Program-made: the position numbers and the translations under genes
The notes under the pieces: generated by a model
Told to the model about the DNA's origin: nothing
What the model saw: only the letters and a program-made list of their open reading frames with translations
Databases searched by the model: none
Shown: in pieces, positions 21,365-30,707 of the stretch
Layout of the letters: each line of letters starts with the position of its first letter
How positions within the stretch are numbered: position 1 is the first letter of the stretch
Source of the DNA: an uncultured Oscillospiraceae bacterium
GTDB lineage: Bacteria; Bacillota; Clostridia; Oscillospirales; Oscillospiraceae
Assembly (NCBI GenBank): GCA_934646175.1
Contig: CAKUEI010000001.1
Coordinates: 1-53,066, forward strand
Length of the DNA: 53,066 nt
Direction: 5' to 3'

Positions 21365-21430
21365 AAACTATAATGCTTTGCGGAGAAACGCAGAGCAGGT
21401 GCCTTAACAAGATTTAGGAGGGTACGAAAT

Positions 21431-23263
21431 ATGTGCGGTATCGTTGGATACGTTGGCGCGGAAGAGGTCGCTCCCATTCTGCTGGACGGCCTTTCCCGGT
21501 TGGAATATAGAGGATACGATTCGGCCGGCATTGCGGTCTGGGATGAGGAAGCGGGCCTTCAGGTGGTCAAGGCGAAGGGCCGCCTTCAGGTGCTGTCCGA
21601 CCTGCTGGCCGGCGGGAAGAACATGAGGGGGACCATCGGACTGGGGCACACCCGCTGGGCCACCCACGGCGCGCCGTCCGATGTGAACGCCCATCCGCAG
21701 GTCAGCGAGGGCGGCCATTTTGCCGTGGTGCATAACGGCATCATCGAAAACTACATGCAGATCAAGGAATTCCTGCAGAATAAGGGCGCGCACTTCACGT
21801 CCCAGACGGACACCGAGGTGGTGGCTCAGCTGCTGGAGTATTACTACGACGGCGACCTGATGGGCACCATTTCCAAGGTGCTGAGCCGGATCAAGGGCGC
21901 TTATGCCTTCGGCATTCTGTGTGTGGACTGCCCGGATAAGCTCATCGCCGTCCGGAAGGACAGCCCCCTGATCGTGGGGCTGGGCGAGGGCTTTAACATG
22001 CTGGCCTCCGACGTGACGGCGGTCATCAAGTATACCCGCGAGGTCTACTATCTGGACGACGGGGAGCTGGCCATCATCGACCGGGACCACGTTCAGGTGT
22101 ATGATAGCTATTTACAGCCGGTGGAAAAAGAGCAGCACCATGTGGACTGGGAGATCTCAGCGGCGGAAAAGGGCGGCTATGAGACCTTTATGATCAAGGA
22201 GATCATGGAACAGCCCAAGGCCATCCGCGACACGGTGTTCCCCCGCATCCAGAACGGACGGGTGGTGCTGGACGACTTCTCCATTACCAAGGAATATCTG
22301 GAGACCATGGACAAGATCTATGTGATCGCCTGCGGAAGCTCCTACTACGTGGGCATGGTGGCAAAGTACAATCTGGAAAAGCTGCTGCGCAAGCCGGTAG
22401 AGGTGGCGCTGGCGTCCGAATTCCGCTATAGCGACCCCATTGTGACCGATAAGACCCTTGCCCTGGTCATCAGCCAGTCGGGCGAGACCATCGATACCCT
22501 GGCCGCCATGCGGGAGGCAAAGCGCCTGGGCGCCCGCGTGCTGGCCATCTGCAACGTGGTGGGCTCCACCATCGCCCGGGAAGCGGATGACGTGATCTAC
22601 ACCTGGGCCGGGCCGGAGATCGCGGTGGCCACCACCAAGGCATACTCCACCCAGTTAGCAGTCACCTATCTGCTGGGCCTGAAATTTGCGGAGCTTCTGG
22701 GTACCATTTCCGACGCGGATTACGCCGCCATTATCCGGGAAATGCTCACCATCCCCTCTAAAATTGAGGAAATTCTGGCCCATAAAGAGGATATTCAGCA
22801 CTACGCGGCGTTGTACTTCAACCATGAATCCGTCTTCTTCATCGGCCGGAATCTGGACTACGCCGTCAGCCTGGAAGGCTCGCTGAAGTTGAAAGAGATT
22901 TGCTATATCCACTCCGAGGCGTACGCCGCCGGCGAGCTGAAGCACGGCCCCATCTCTCTGGTAGAGGACGGGACACTGGTGGTGGCCCTTGCAAGCTGCG
23001 ACGCGTTGTTTGAAAAGCTCATGAGCAACGTGAAAGAGGTCAAGGCCCGAGGCGCGGATGTGCTGGGTCTTGCCACCGAGCACCAGGCGGAAGAGCTGCG
23101 CAAGAGCGTGGATGCTGCCATTCTGGTGCCGGAGATTCACCCCATGCTGCTGCCCTCGCTGGACGTGGTGCCCCTGCAGTTGTTTGCCTACTATGTGGCG
23201 CTCATGCGCGGATGCGATATCGATAAGCCACGCAATCTGGCCAAATCGGTGACTGTGGAATGA
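21431..23263 (+). CDS. glmS: Glutamine--fructose-6-phosphate aminotransferase
   Basis: 610 aa. N-terminus MCGIVGYVG (Cys2 nucleophile), two SIS domains, and a C-terminal ...NLAKSVTVE. Confidence 0.97.
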   Translation: MCGIVGYVGAEEVAPILLDGLSRLEYRGYDSAGIAVWDEEAGLQVVKAKGRLQVLSDLLAGGKNMRGTIGLGHTRWATHGAPSDVNAHPQVSEGGHFAVVHNGIIENYMQIKEFLQNKGAHFTSQTDTEVVAQLLEYYYDGDLMGTISKVLSRIKGAYAFGILCVDCPDKLIAVRKDSPLIVGLGEGFNMLASDVTAVIKYTREVYYLDDGELAIIDRDHVQVYDSYLQPVEKEQHHVDWEISAAEKGGYETFMIKEIMEQPKAIRDTVFPRIQNGRVVLDDFSITKEYLETMDKIYVIACGSSYYVGMVAKYNLEKLLRKPVEVALASEFRYSDPIVTDKTLALVISQSGETIDTLAAMREAKRLGARVLAICNVVGSTIAREADDVIYTWAGPEIAVATTKAYSTQLAVTYLLGLKFAELLGTISDADYAAIIREMLTIPSKIEEILAHKEDIQHYAALYFNHESVFFIGRNLDYAVSLEGSLKLKEICYIHSEAYAAGELKHGPISLVEDGTLVVALASCDALFEKLMSNVKEVKARGADVLGLATEHQAEELRKSVDAAILVPEIHPMLLPSLDVVPLQLFAYYVALMRGCDIDKPRNLAKSVTVE

Positions 23264-24837
23264 AAAAACGACGTTTTTTCGCCCTTCTTCTGGCCGCGGT
23301 GCTGCTGGTGGGCGCCATGTCCGGCTGCAGCAGGCAGCAGGGGAATGAAACGGCCGGAACGGTGGTGCGTTACGGCATTGCCGGGGCCTGGGATTCCCTG
23401 ATGCCCTACAACAGCATTTCCGGCAGCAACTATGCCCGCCTGATCTATGACAAGCTCTACGACCGACTTGCCTATGTCCACGGGGACGGGACCCTGTCTC
23501 CCCGGGCGGCGAAAAGCTGGGAGAGTGCGGACGGCGGATATGCGATCCTTTTCCATCTGGATGAGAACGCCGCCTTCCATGACGGTACCCCGGTGACGGC
23601 GCAGAACTGGGTGGATACCTTCCGCCTTGTGACGGATCCGGAGTGCCCCGCCTATGGCCGCAGCAACTTTTCCGTTTTCACCGGGACCGATGAAAACGGT
23701 GTGGCCACGGGAGAAAACTCCGTGGGCGCGGAAGCGGTGGACGAGCACACCTTAAAGCTCACCTTCAAGGCGCGCACCACGCCGGAGGAATTCCTGCTGG
23801 CGCGCAATCGGGAATTTTATGTTCTCCCCACCCACCTGATCGGCGATACGGCCCCGGCGGATGTTATGGAGCTGGACCTGTGGCAGGCACCGGTGGGGTC
23901 TGGCCCGTGCCTGTTCGCGGAAGAGGTGGTGGGCAGCCGCCTGGCGCTGAAGGCGAATCCGGACTATCAGCTGGGCGCGCCGGGGTTCGACGAGCTGGTC
24001 ATCACCGTGATGGATAAGACGAGCCTGCTTACCTCACTCCTGTCCGGCGATTTGGACTATTATGCCATCGGCGGCAGCATTTCGGAAGAAAACGCGCAGG
24101 TGGCCCGGGATGCCGGTTTCACCGTGGAGGAGGGGGAGAACCCAACGACCTTCTACGAGCTGATGATCAACAACGAGACCGTCTCTCAGCCCATCCGGCA
24201 GGCCATCGACCTTGCTCTGGACAAGGATCTGCTGTGTCAGCAGAACACCAACGGCCTGGGGGAAGTGACCGCATCTTCTATTCTGCCTGGCAGCGCGTAT
24301 GCGCCGGAGGAAAGCTGGAGCCGCAACGTGGAAAAAGCCAGCGAAATAGCGGAAAACAATGAGTGTAAAGCATTAAAACTTGCTACCATATCCAGCCGTG
24401 CCGGATTAGCTGCTCTGATGCAGCAGAACCTTGCGGAGGCGGGCATCACGGTGGAGATCGAGACGGTGGATTCCGCCGCCCTCTTCGCTGGGATGACGAA
24501 CGGAAGCTATGACCTCGCCATCGCCAGCCATACCCCCTCCGTGCTCCCACTGTGGTTCACTGAGCCGAGACTAACGCCCAACAACAACCTGTTCCATATC
24601 GATGAGGAGGAGCTGAACCGTTACGCGGCAGAGATTGCGGCGGTCCGCAGTGCAGAGGACGAAGGAGCGAAAAAAGGCGCGGTGGCCGCGCTGGAGGAGC
24701 ACCTGCGGCAGGGAATGCCCTTTGTTCCCCTCTGGTTTTCCCGCTCACTCCACGTCCAGTCCAAGACCGTGGCGTGCATTGACAGCGTATCCGCTTCCAA
24801 CTGCAATGAAAACGTGTGGGAGTGGCGTAAAAGCTGA
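23260..24837 (+). CDS. ABC transporter substrate-binding lipoprotein, family 5 (peptide/nickel, OppA/DppA-like)
   Basis: ATGA overlap with the glmS stop. Signal peptide and lipobox LLVGAMSGC. 525 aa. Confidence 0.85.
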   Translation: MKKRRFFALLLAAVLLVGAMSGCSRQQGNETAGTVVRYGIAGAWDSLMPYNSISGSNYARLIYDKLYDRLAYVHGDGTLSPRAAKSWESADGGYAILFHLDENAAFHDGTPVTAQNWVDTFRLVTDPECPAYGRSNFSVFTGTDENGVATGENSVGAEAVDEHTLKLTFKARTTPEEFLLARNREFYVLPTHLIGDTAPADVMELDLWQAPVGSGPCLFAEEVVGSRLALKANPDYQLGAPGFDELVITVMDKTSLLTSLLSGDLDYYAIGGSISEENAQVARDAGFTVEEGENPTTFYELMINNETVSQPIRQAIDLALDKDLLCQQNTNGLGEVTASSILPGSAYAPEESWSRNVEKASEIAENNECKALKLATISSRAGLAALMQQNLAEAGITVEIETVDSAALFAGMTNGSYDLAIASHTPSVLPLWFTEPRLTPNNNLFHIDEEELNRYAAEIAAVRSAEDEGAKKGAVAALEEHLRQGMPFVPLWFSRSLHVQSKTVACIDSVSASNCNENVWEWRKS

Positions 24838-24908
24838 ATCGTTTTGACCTCCGTAAGGCAGTTTATGCCTGTGCCCTCTGGGCCGGAAGTGCAGGAGGAA
24901 TGAATCTC

Positions 24909-25868
24909 ATGGCAACTTATTTCGCAAAGCGCGTTTTGACCGCCGCCCCTGTGTTTTTCGGGGTGACGCTGGCTGTGTTTCTTATGCTGCAGCTCGCACC
25001 TGGAACGGCTGCCGATCTCGCCGGAGGAGAGCACTCCGCCGCCGATCAGGCCGCCGCGGAGGCAGCGCTTTCCCTGCATCAGCCCATTCCCGTCCGCTAT
25101 GTGCGCTGGGTGGGGGGGCTGCTGCGGGGTGACCTGGGTCGCTCTTACCAGAGCGGGCAGACGGTCATGCAGGTCATCCGCCAGCGGCTGATTCCGTCCC
25201 TGATTTTGACGGGAAGCGGCGTTCTGCTGGCGGTGGCGGCTGCGCTTCCGCTGGGTATCCTGTCAGCCTGCAGGCCGGGCTCCGCCGTGGACCGCGTGTC
25301 CACGCTGCTGGCCTTTGCGGGCTCCGGGCTGCCCGGTTTTTTTATCAGTCTTCTGACAATCTACCTTTTCGCGGTGCGTCTGCACTGGTTCCCGGCCTCC
25401 GGCATGTATGCCTCCGGCGGAAGCGGCAGCTTCGGCGACCTCCTTTCCCATCTGGTGCTGCCGGCCTGTGTGATCGCCGTCACCAATCTGGGCAGCCTTT
25501 TGAAGCAGACCCGCAGCGCTATGGCCGAGGTGATGACACAGTCCTTTATCACTGCGGTCCGCAGCCGCGGATTTTCTGGGTGTTGTGTCGCGATCCGCCA
25601 CGGGCTTCGCAACGCCGTCCGGCCGGTACTGACGGCCCTTTTGAGCCATATTCCCCACGTGATCGGCGGCTCCGTCGTGGTGGAGCGCATCTTCGGCTGG
25701 CCCGGAATGGGCAGCCTGATGCTGTCTGCCATTCAGAACCGGGATTATGCCGTGGTCATGGGGGTCACGGTGCTGATTGCCCTGGCGGTGCTGGGGGCCA
25801 ACCTGCTTCTGGACCTTCTGCTGGGTCTTGCCGACCCGCGAGTGACCTATGAAGGAGGGGAACGATGA
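24909..25868 (+). CDS. ABC transporter permease (DppB/OppB-like)
   Basis: Polytopic membrane protein. AGGAGG at 24893-24898 favours ATG 24909 (MATYFAKRVL) over the ORF-track ATG 24900. Confidence 0.85.
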   Translation: MATYFAKRVLTAAPVFFGVTLAVFLMLQLAPGTAADLAGGEHSAADQAAAEAALSLHQPIPVRYVRWVGGLLRGDLGRSYQSGQTVMQVIRQRLIPSLILTGSGVLLAVAAALPLGILSACRPGSAVDRVSTLLAFAGSGLPGFFISLLTIYLFAVRLHWFPASGMYASGGSGSFGDLLSHLVLPACVIAVTNLGSLLKQTRSAMAEVMTQSFITAVRSRGFSGCCVAIRHGLRNAVRPVLTALLSHIPHVIGGSVVVERIFGWPGMGSLMLSAIQNRDYAVVMGVTVLIALAVLGANLLLDLLLGLADPRVTYEGGER

Positions 25869-26716
25869 GCCCCCGGGCCGTGTTCCGCGGCCTTTGGCGG
25901 GAGAAAAGGGCGCGGCTGGGTCTTATTATCCTGCTGCTGGAGCTTGCCGCAGTGGTGGTTCTGCCGTTTTTCCTCCTCTGGGGGCCCAACAGCGTGGACA
26001 CCGTTTCCGGCTTTTGGGCACCGCCTTCCAGCGCTCATTGGTTGGGGACGGACGACGTGGGGCGGGACCTGTTGGCCCGTCTTCTGGCGGGAGGGCGCAC
26101 CTCACTGGCGGTGGGCGTTTCCTCCGCCGCTATCAGCATCATCCTCGGCGCACCCCTCGGCGTGCTGGCGGGATACGGCCGCGGGCGGTGGGAATTTTGG
26201 ATTATGCGCCTTGCAGATGTGTTTCAGTGTTTTCCCAGTCTGGTGGTCACCCTGTGCCTGGTGACATTGTGGGGGCCGTCTACCCTGCATGTGCTCCTGA
26301 TCATCGGCATCATGGGCTGGCCGGTCATTGCGCGGATGACGTACAGCGAGACGGTGTCCATCCGCAAGCGCCCCTATCTGGCTGCCGCCCGCCTGAGCGG
26401 TGCAACCGCCGGGCAGCTTCTGCTGGAAGAGGTGCTCCCCGACGCCATGGCGCCGGTGTGGGCCGCGCTGGCCTTCCGCGTGGGACGGGGGATTTTGTCG
26501 GAGTCCACCCTCAGCTTCCTCGGCGTTGGCATTCGGACGCCTCAGGCCTCCTGGGGCAACCTGATCCATTACGCCTCACAGCTTTCCGTTCTGGTGGGGC
26601 GGCCGTGGGTCTGGCTGCCGCCGGGGATATGTATTCTGGTCACGGTGCTGTCGGTCAATCTGGTGGGAGAGGGCCTGCAGCGCGTGTTCCGGCCCGGAGG
26701 AGAGGACGGCGTATGA
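25865..26716 (+). CDS. ABC transporter permease (DppC/OppC-like)
   Basis: 283 aa with overlapping start and stop against the upstream permease. The LGTDDVGRDLLARLL block is typical of this family. Confidence 0.85.
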   Translation: MSPRAVFRGLWREKRARLGLIILLLELAAVVVLPFFLLWGPNSVDTVSGFWAPPSSAHWLGTDDVGRDLLARLLAGGRTSLAVGVSSAAISIILGAPLGVLAGYGRGRWEFWIMRLADVFQCFPSLVVTLCLVTLWGPSTLHVLLIIGIMGWPVIARMTYSETVSIRKRPYLAAARLSGATAGQLLLEEVLPDAMAPVWAALAFRVGRGILSESTLSFLGVGIRTPQASWGNLIHYASQLSVLVGRPWVWLPPGICILVTVLSVNLVGEGLQRVFRPGGEDGV

Positions 26717-27531
26717 ACGAAGCAAGGCCGATTTTGAAGGTCAACGGGCTGGAGGTCTCCTTTGCCATGGGGGGCAGGACCGCCGTACCGGTCAAAAACG
26801 TCACCTTTTCAGTTTCGGAGGGGGAGACCCTCTGCCTGGTCGGCCCGTCCGGCTGCGGGAAAAGCGTGACCAGTCTGGCCCTGCTGGGTCTGCTTCCGTC
26901 AAACGGTGCGGTAACGGGCGGCGAAATTCGGTGGGACGGAGTCCCCATGGCAGGGGCAGATCAGCGGGCCTGGCGGGCGGTGCGGAAGAACTGCGCCGCC
27001 ATCCTGTTTCAGGAGCCGGCCGCCGCGCTGGACCCTGTGCGCACCATCGGCTGGCAGATCGAGGAGGTGCTGCGCCTTGGGGAAAAGCGGGAGCGGGCTG
27101 CCGTAAAACAGGAGATGCTGACGCTGCTGCGGGAGGTGGGCTTTCCCGCGCCGGAGCGGCAGAGCCGGGCCTATCCCCATCAGCTGTCCGGCGGTATGTG
27201 CCAGCGGGCCATGCTGGCAATCGCACTGGCCAGCCGCCCGCGGCTCCTCATTGCAGACGAGCCCACCACCGCACTGGATACGACCATTCAGGCACAGATT
27301 TTGGAGCTTCTCCGTCGGGAGCAGGAAAAACGCCATATGGCTTTGCTGCTCATCACTCACGACATGGGGGTCGTGGCTTCTATGGCAGACCGCGTAGCAG
27401 TGATGGAGGGCGGTCGTACTGTGGAAGAGGGCGCGGTGCGGGAACTGTTCCGCGCGCCGCAGCACCCACAGACCAGGCGCCTGCTATCGTCGGCCGGTGT
27501 GACGGAAGGGGGCGGGCAGCATGATTTCTGA
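26713..27531 (+). CDS. ABC transporter ATP-binding protein (DppD/OppD-like)
   Basis: Real start is ATG 26713 (MNEARPILKVNGLEVSF), with an ATGA overlap. Motifs GPSGCGKS, LSGGMCQR and LLIADEPTTALD. The 560-aa ORF-track entry starting at 25849 is an out-of-context upstream extension. Confidence 0.88.
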   Translation: MNEARPILKVNGLEVSFAMGGRTAVPVKNVTFSVSEGETLCLVGPSGCGKSVTSLALLGLLPSNGAVTGGEIRWDGVPMAGADQRAWRAVRKNCAAILFQEPAAALDPVRTIGWQIEEVLRLGEKRERAAVKQEMLTLLREVGFPAPERQSRAYPHQLSGGMCQRAMLAIALASRPRLLIADEPTTALDTTIQAQILELLRREQEKRHMALLLITHDMGVVASMADRVAVMEGGRTVEEGAVRELFRAPQHPQTRRLLSSAGVTEGGGQHDF

Positions 27532-28480
27532 CCTGCTGGCCGTGGAAAATCTCCGCGTTTCCTATCCCCAGAGCGGCCTTTTTGGCGGGAAACAGCGCCT
27601 AAGAGCTGTAAATGGAATAAGCTTTACATTAAATGCAGGAGAACGGCTTGGAATCGTAGGGGAGTCCGGCTGCGGGAAGAGCACCTTAGGCCGCGCCGTG
27701 CTGACTCTCGGGCCGCCCTATGAGGGCAGCATCCGCTTTCACGGGGAGGAGCTTTCGGAATTGATGGGGGAGGCGCTCCGCCGTGCGAGGCGGAACATGG
27801 GCCTTATTTTTCAGGATGCGCTGGGGTCCTTCCACCCGCGGAAAACGGTGTGGGAGGCGATCTGCGCCTCCCTGCACTATCAGGGCGTCCGGGAGCGCGA
27901 CCGGAGGGAGATGCTTGCTTCCTCGGCGCTGAAATCGGTGGGACTGGAGCCGCAGTTCTGGAACGCTGTCCCTCAGCGGCTGTCCGGGGGACAGCGGCAG
28001 CGGGCGGCCATTGCCCGGGCCATTGCGGGAGGACCGGAGCTTCTGGTGTGCGACGAGGCAGTCTCCGCACTGGACGGGGAGAGCCGGGAGCAGATCCTGG
28101 CTCTGCTGGACCGGGTGGGGAGCGAGCGACACATGGCACTGTTGTTCATCTCCCATGATCTGCGGGCGGTGCGGCAGCTTTGCGGAGAGACGGCGGTCAT
28201 GTATCTGGGACGCTTTGCAGAGTGCGGCCCTACGGAAGAGATTTTTTCCTGCCCCATGCACCCCTATACCAGGGCACTGCTGAACGCGGCGCCGGTTCCC
28301 GACCCGGATGCGCCCCGGCCCGCGGTACTGCCCGGGGAATTGCCGGACCCTGCGTCCCCGCCGGAGGGGTGCGCCTTTCATCCACGGTGCCCCATGGCAT
28401 CGGAGCGGTGCCGCACCCAGACCCCTGACTGGCGGAAGAGGGAAAACGGCCATGGCGCCGCGTGCTTTTTTACGGAATGA
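27521..28480 (+). CDS. ABC transporter ATP-binding protein (DppF/OppF-like)
   Basis: 319 aa. Motifs GESGCGKST and LSGGQRQR, plus a Cys-rich C-terminal oligopeptide-transporter extension (CPMHPYTRALL...GCAFHPRCP). Confidence 0.88.
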   Translation: MISDLLAVENLRVSYPQSGLFGGKQRLRAVNGISFTLNAGERLGIVGESGCGKSTLGRAVLTLGPPYEGSIRFHGEELSELMGEALRRARRNMGLIFQDALGSFHPRKTVWEAICASLHYQGVRERDRREMLASSALKSVGLEPQFWNAVPQRLSGGQRQRAAIARAIAGGPELLVCDEAVSALDGESREQILALLDRVGSERHMALLFISHDLRAVRQLCGETAVMYLGRFAECGPTEEIFSCPMHPYTRALLNAAPVPDPDAPRPAVLPGELPDPASPPEGCAFHPRCPMASERCRTQTPDWRKRENGHGAACFFTE

Positions 28481-28485
28481 GAAAG

Positions 28486-28529
28486 AAAAGCTCCGGCAGG
28501 CAAACCACCTGCCGGAGCTTTTTGTTTTT
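28486..28529. terminator. Bidirectional rho-independent terminator
   Basis: 15-bp stem aaaagctccggcagg / cctgccggagctttt with a 7-nt loop and T-runs on both strands. It lies between convergent genes. Confidence 0.9.
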
Positions 28530-28532
28530 GTG

Positions 28533-29006
28533 CTAATTGCTGTTGCCGCAGTTTGCGGCGTCGATGGCGATGGCCGCCATGAGACAGAGTACCTCGTCCC
28601 GGGGATCAGCAATGTTCAGCACATAGGTGTCGCCCCAGTGGAACAGTTCTTTGGAGATGGACATGACCGTGCGCTCCCCATCCATGACGGAATAGTCCCA
28701 GCCCAGAAAACCGCCATCGATCTCCCAGCCGTTATATTCCAGGTAGTAGCGCTGGCGGAAGAAAGTGAATTCTTTTTTGATCTCACCCAGAAACTGCCCG
28801 TTCAGCTCCAGCTCGAACTTGGGCATCAGGGTCAGCAGCCGCTGGCGGATGCAGCCCAACTCCCGCTGCTGCCGGTCATAGATGTGGATCACGTGGCCAA
28901 GGGAGAATACCTCGCCCTTGACAAAGTACTTGGGGTTTTCAAACTGGTCGTAAACATCATAGGTATCCGACCAGGAGAAGACCCGCTGGCGAATCAGAAG
29001 TTGCAT
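28533..29006 (-). CDS. LURP-one-related / YxjI-like (Tubby C-terminal-like fold) protein
   Basis: Start at ATG 29006 (MQLLIRQRVFSWSDTYDVYD) after GGAGGA. 157 aa. The pattern matches DUF567-type proteins. Confidence 0.6.
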   Translation of the reverse strand: MQLLIRQRVFSWSDTYDVYDQFENPKYFVKGEVFSLGHVIHIYDRQQRELGCIRQRLLTLMPKFELELNGQFLGEIKKEFTFFRQRYYLEYNGWEIDGGFLGWDYSVMDGERTVMSISKELFHWGDTYVLNIADPRDEVLCLMAAIAIDAANCGNSN

Positions 29007-29025
29007 GATGTTCCTCCGTTCGTGC

Positions 29026-29565
29026 TCACTCTTTGCCGGCGAAGTGCCGGTCATAGTTCTCCATGGCACTGTGAATGATCTGCAAGGCAGCCTCGCGGCC
29101 GCTTACCTCGTTGACGGCGGTCTCCTTGCCTTCCAGGGCCTTGTAGACCTGGAAGAAATGGGACATCTCGTCGAAAATGTGGTGTGGAAGCTCGCTGATA
29201 TCGTGATAGGAATTATAGGTCGGGTCGCTGAAGGGAATGGCGATGATCTTTTCGTCGTTGCGCCCACCGTCGATCATGGAAATCACGCCGATGGGATAGC
29301 AGCGGACCAGCGTCAGCGGCTCCAGCGCTTCCGAGCAAAGCACCAGGGCATCCAGCGGGTCCAGATCGTCGCCGTAGGTGCGGGGAATGAAGCCGTAGTT
29401 GGCGGGGTAGTGGGTGGAGGTGTAGAGGATGCGGTCCAGAATGATGAGGCCGGTCGCCTTATCCAGTTCGTACTTCTTTTTGCTGCCCTTCGGAATTTCC
29501 ACGACAGTGATGAAATCCTCGGCCTGAATGCGCCGGGGGTCGATATCGTGCCAGATGTTGTTCAT
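29026..29565 (-). CDS. ppa: Inorganic pyrophosphatase, family I
   Basis: Start at ATG 29565 (MNNIWHDI...). Family motifs are present ([40 protein letters not shown]). 179 aa. Confidence 0.93.
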   Translation of the reverse strand: MNNIWHDIDPRRIQAEDFITVVEIPKGSKKKYELDKATGLIILDRILYTSTHYPANYGFIPRTYGDDLDPLDALVLCSEALEPLTLVRCYPIGVISMIDGGRNDEKIIAIPFSDPTYNSYHDISELPHHIFDEMSHFFQVYKALEGKETAVNEVSGREAALQIIHSAMENYDRHFAGKE

Positions 29566-29663
29566 AAATGCAGTCCTTTCCCTTCCTGAGAATGTAAGGT
29601 ATTGTACCATGAAATATAGAAGAAGAAAAGCGGGGTTTTATGAAAGCGGGATAAAAAGAAAGT

Positions 29664-29696
29664 AAAAAAACTTCCTGTCTGCGTACAGACAGGAAG
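29664..29696 (-). terminator. Rho-independent terminator of the Rrf2 regulator gene
   Basis: 11-bp stem cttcctgtctg / cagacaggaag, loop cgta. A7 at 29664-29670 gives a T7 run on the minus strand. Confidence 0.85.
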
Positions 29697-29702
29697 CGTT
29701 TT

Positions 29703-30119
29703 TCAGCGTTCTTTTTCCTTTCCGCGGCGCACCAACTCCGCAAAGGTGATGCGGAACACATCATCCAGCGCCTTCTGTGCCTCGCAATAGACATCATGGA
29801 CCGGGCAGAGCTGTACGGCGTTCCGGCTGCAGTACTGATCGTCCGCAAGACAGCGGTTCAGATGAGAATTCGGCTCCAGCACGGAGATGACATCGGCAAG
29901 GGAGATATCACCGGCAGGCCGGGCCAGACGGATGCCGCCGCCATGCCCGGGAACGGAGACCAGAATGCCTGCTCGGCGCAGCTTTGCGCAGATGTTCAGC
30001 AGATAGTGCTGCGGCACGCACAGCGCCTCGGAAAGCTCTGCCGAGTCGGCAGAACGGTCAACGGTGCTGAGGTACAGCACCGCACGAATGGCATAGTCTG
30101 TGGACAGGTTAAGCTGCAT
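29703..30119 (-). CDS. Rrf2 family transcriptional regulator with three clustered Cys (possible Fe-S ligands)
   Basis: Start at ATG 30119 (MQLNLSTDYAIRAVLYLS) after GGGGAG. It has a wHTH region followed by the C-X6-C-X7-C pattern (RCLADDQYCSRNAVQLCP). Confidence 0.85.
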   Translation of the reverse strand: MQLNLSTDYAIRAVLYLSTVDRSADSAELSEALCVPQHYLLNICAKLRRAGILVSVPGHGGGIRLARPAGDISLADVISVLEPNSHLNRCLADDQYCSRNAVQLCPVHDVYCEAQKALDDVFRITFAELVRRGKEKER

Positions 30120-30166
30120 AGTCGTTCTCCCCAACAAAGGCGAAAAATGGAATTTTAAGACACTTC

Positions 30167-30194
30167 ATTTTACCATGTCGGCCCAAAAAGTCAA
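30167..30194 (-). promoter_or_regulatory. Candidate promoter of the Rrf2 gene
   Basis: Minus strand reads TTGACT-16 nt-TAAAAT, with TG one base upstream of the -10 (extended -10). Confidence 0.6.
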
Positions 30195-30272
30195 CCGCGC
30201 AAAGGGAAGGGGAGCAGTCCCTGCAAGCCCTCCCGAATTTAGAGCAGTTTCACGGGGACAAGCGTGATCACA

Positions 30273-30623
30273 TCACGCAGACGGTCGGAGCCGACCATAT
30301 GGCTTAGACGGTTTCCATGCTCCGCCATAGGCGCTGCCGCTGCCTTTATTTGCCCCACCGATCAGGTATGGTTCTATTGTATCACATGATTTGTGATATG
30401 TGCCACCGATTTTGATTGTTTCCAAATCTTTTTTCTGAAAACTCCGCTCATAGCTCATGTATCTCCACGCGCTGCGCTCATAGTCCACATGGACAATGCT
30501 GCCCTGTTTTTCGGGAAATGCCGTGCTATAGCAGATGATTTTCTCCGGTTCGATGTGACGCAGTATCTCGTTATATATACTGGTTTCCGGGTAATAGAAG
30601 TTATACTTTTCCGTGCAACAAAA
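30273..30623 (-). pseudogene. AT-richer open frame without a start codon; probable 3' remnant of a foreign gene
   Basis: 117 sense codons run from the TAA at 30624-30626 to the TGA at 30273-30275. There is no ATG, GTG or TTG before GTG 30488. Base composition is visibly AT-richer than the flanks. The region abuts the 3' side of tRNA-Pro. Confidence 0.4.
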
Positions 30624-30707
30624 TTAAAAAGTTTGCAACTGCGCAAGGAAAACGGTGAGTCCTTTCTGTGGCACCGAAGGATGAGCAGGCAGCGGGAGCC
30701 AAAACGC

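Noticed and set aside
21316-21430. Looked for a glmS ribozyme upstream of glmS
   Set aside because: Only about 115 nt are available after the gltD terminator, and most of that is an AT-rich promoter. There is no GC-rich pseudoknot core or conserved ribozyme-like blocks. Absence is reported, not presence.
25849-26712. N-terminal 288 codons of the 560-aa ORF-track entry that ends as the DppD-like ATPase
   Set aside because: This part overlaps the DppC-like permease in another frame and is Arg/Gly/Pro-rich nonsense. The ATPase clearly starts at ATG 26713, with a stop/start overlap.
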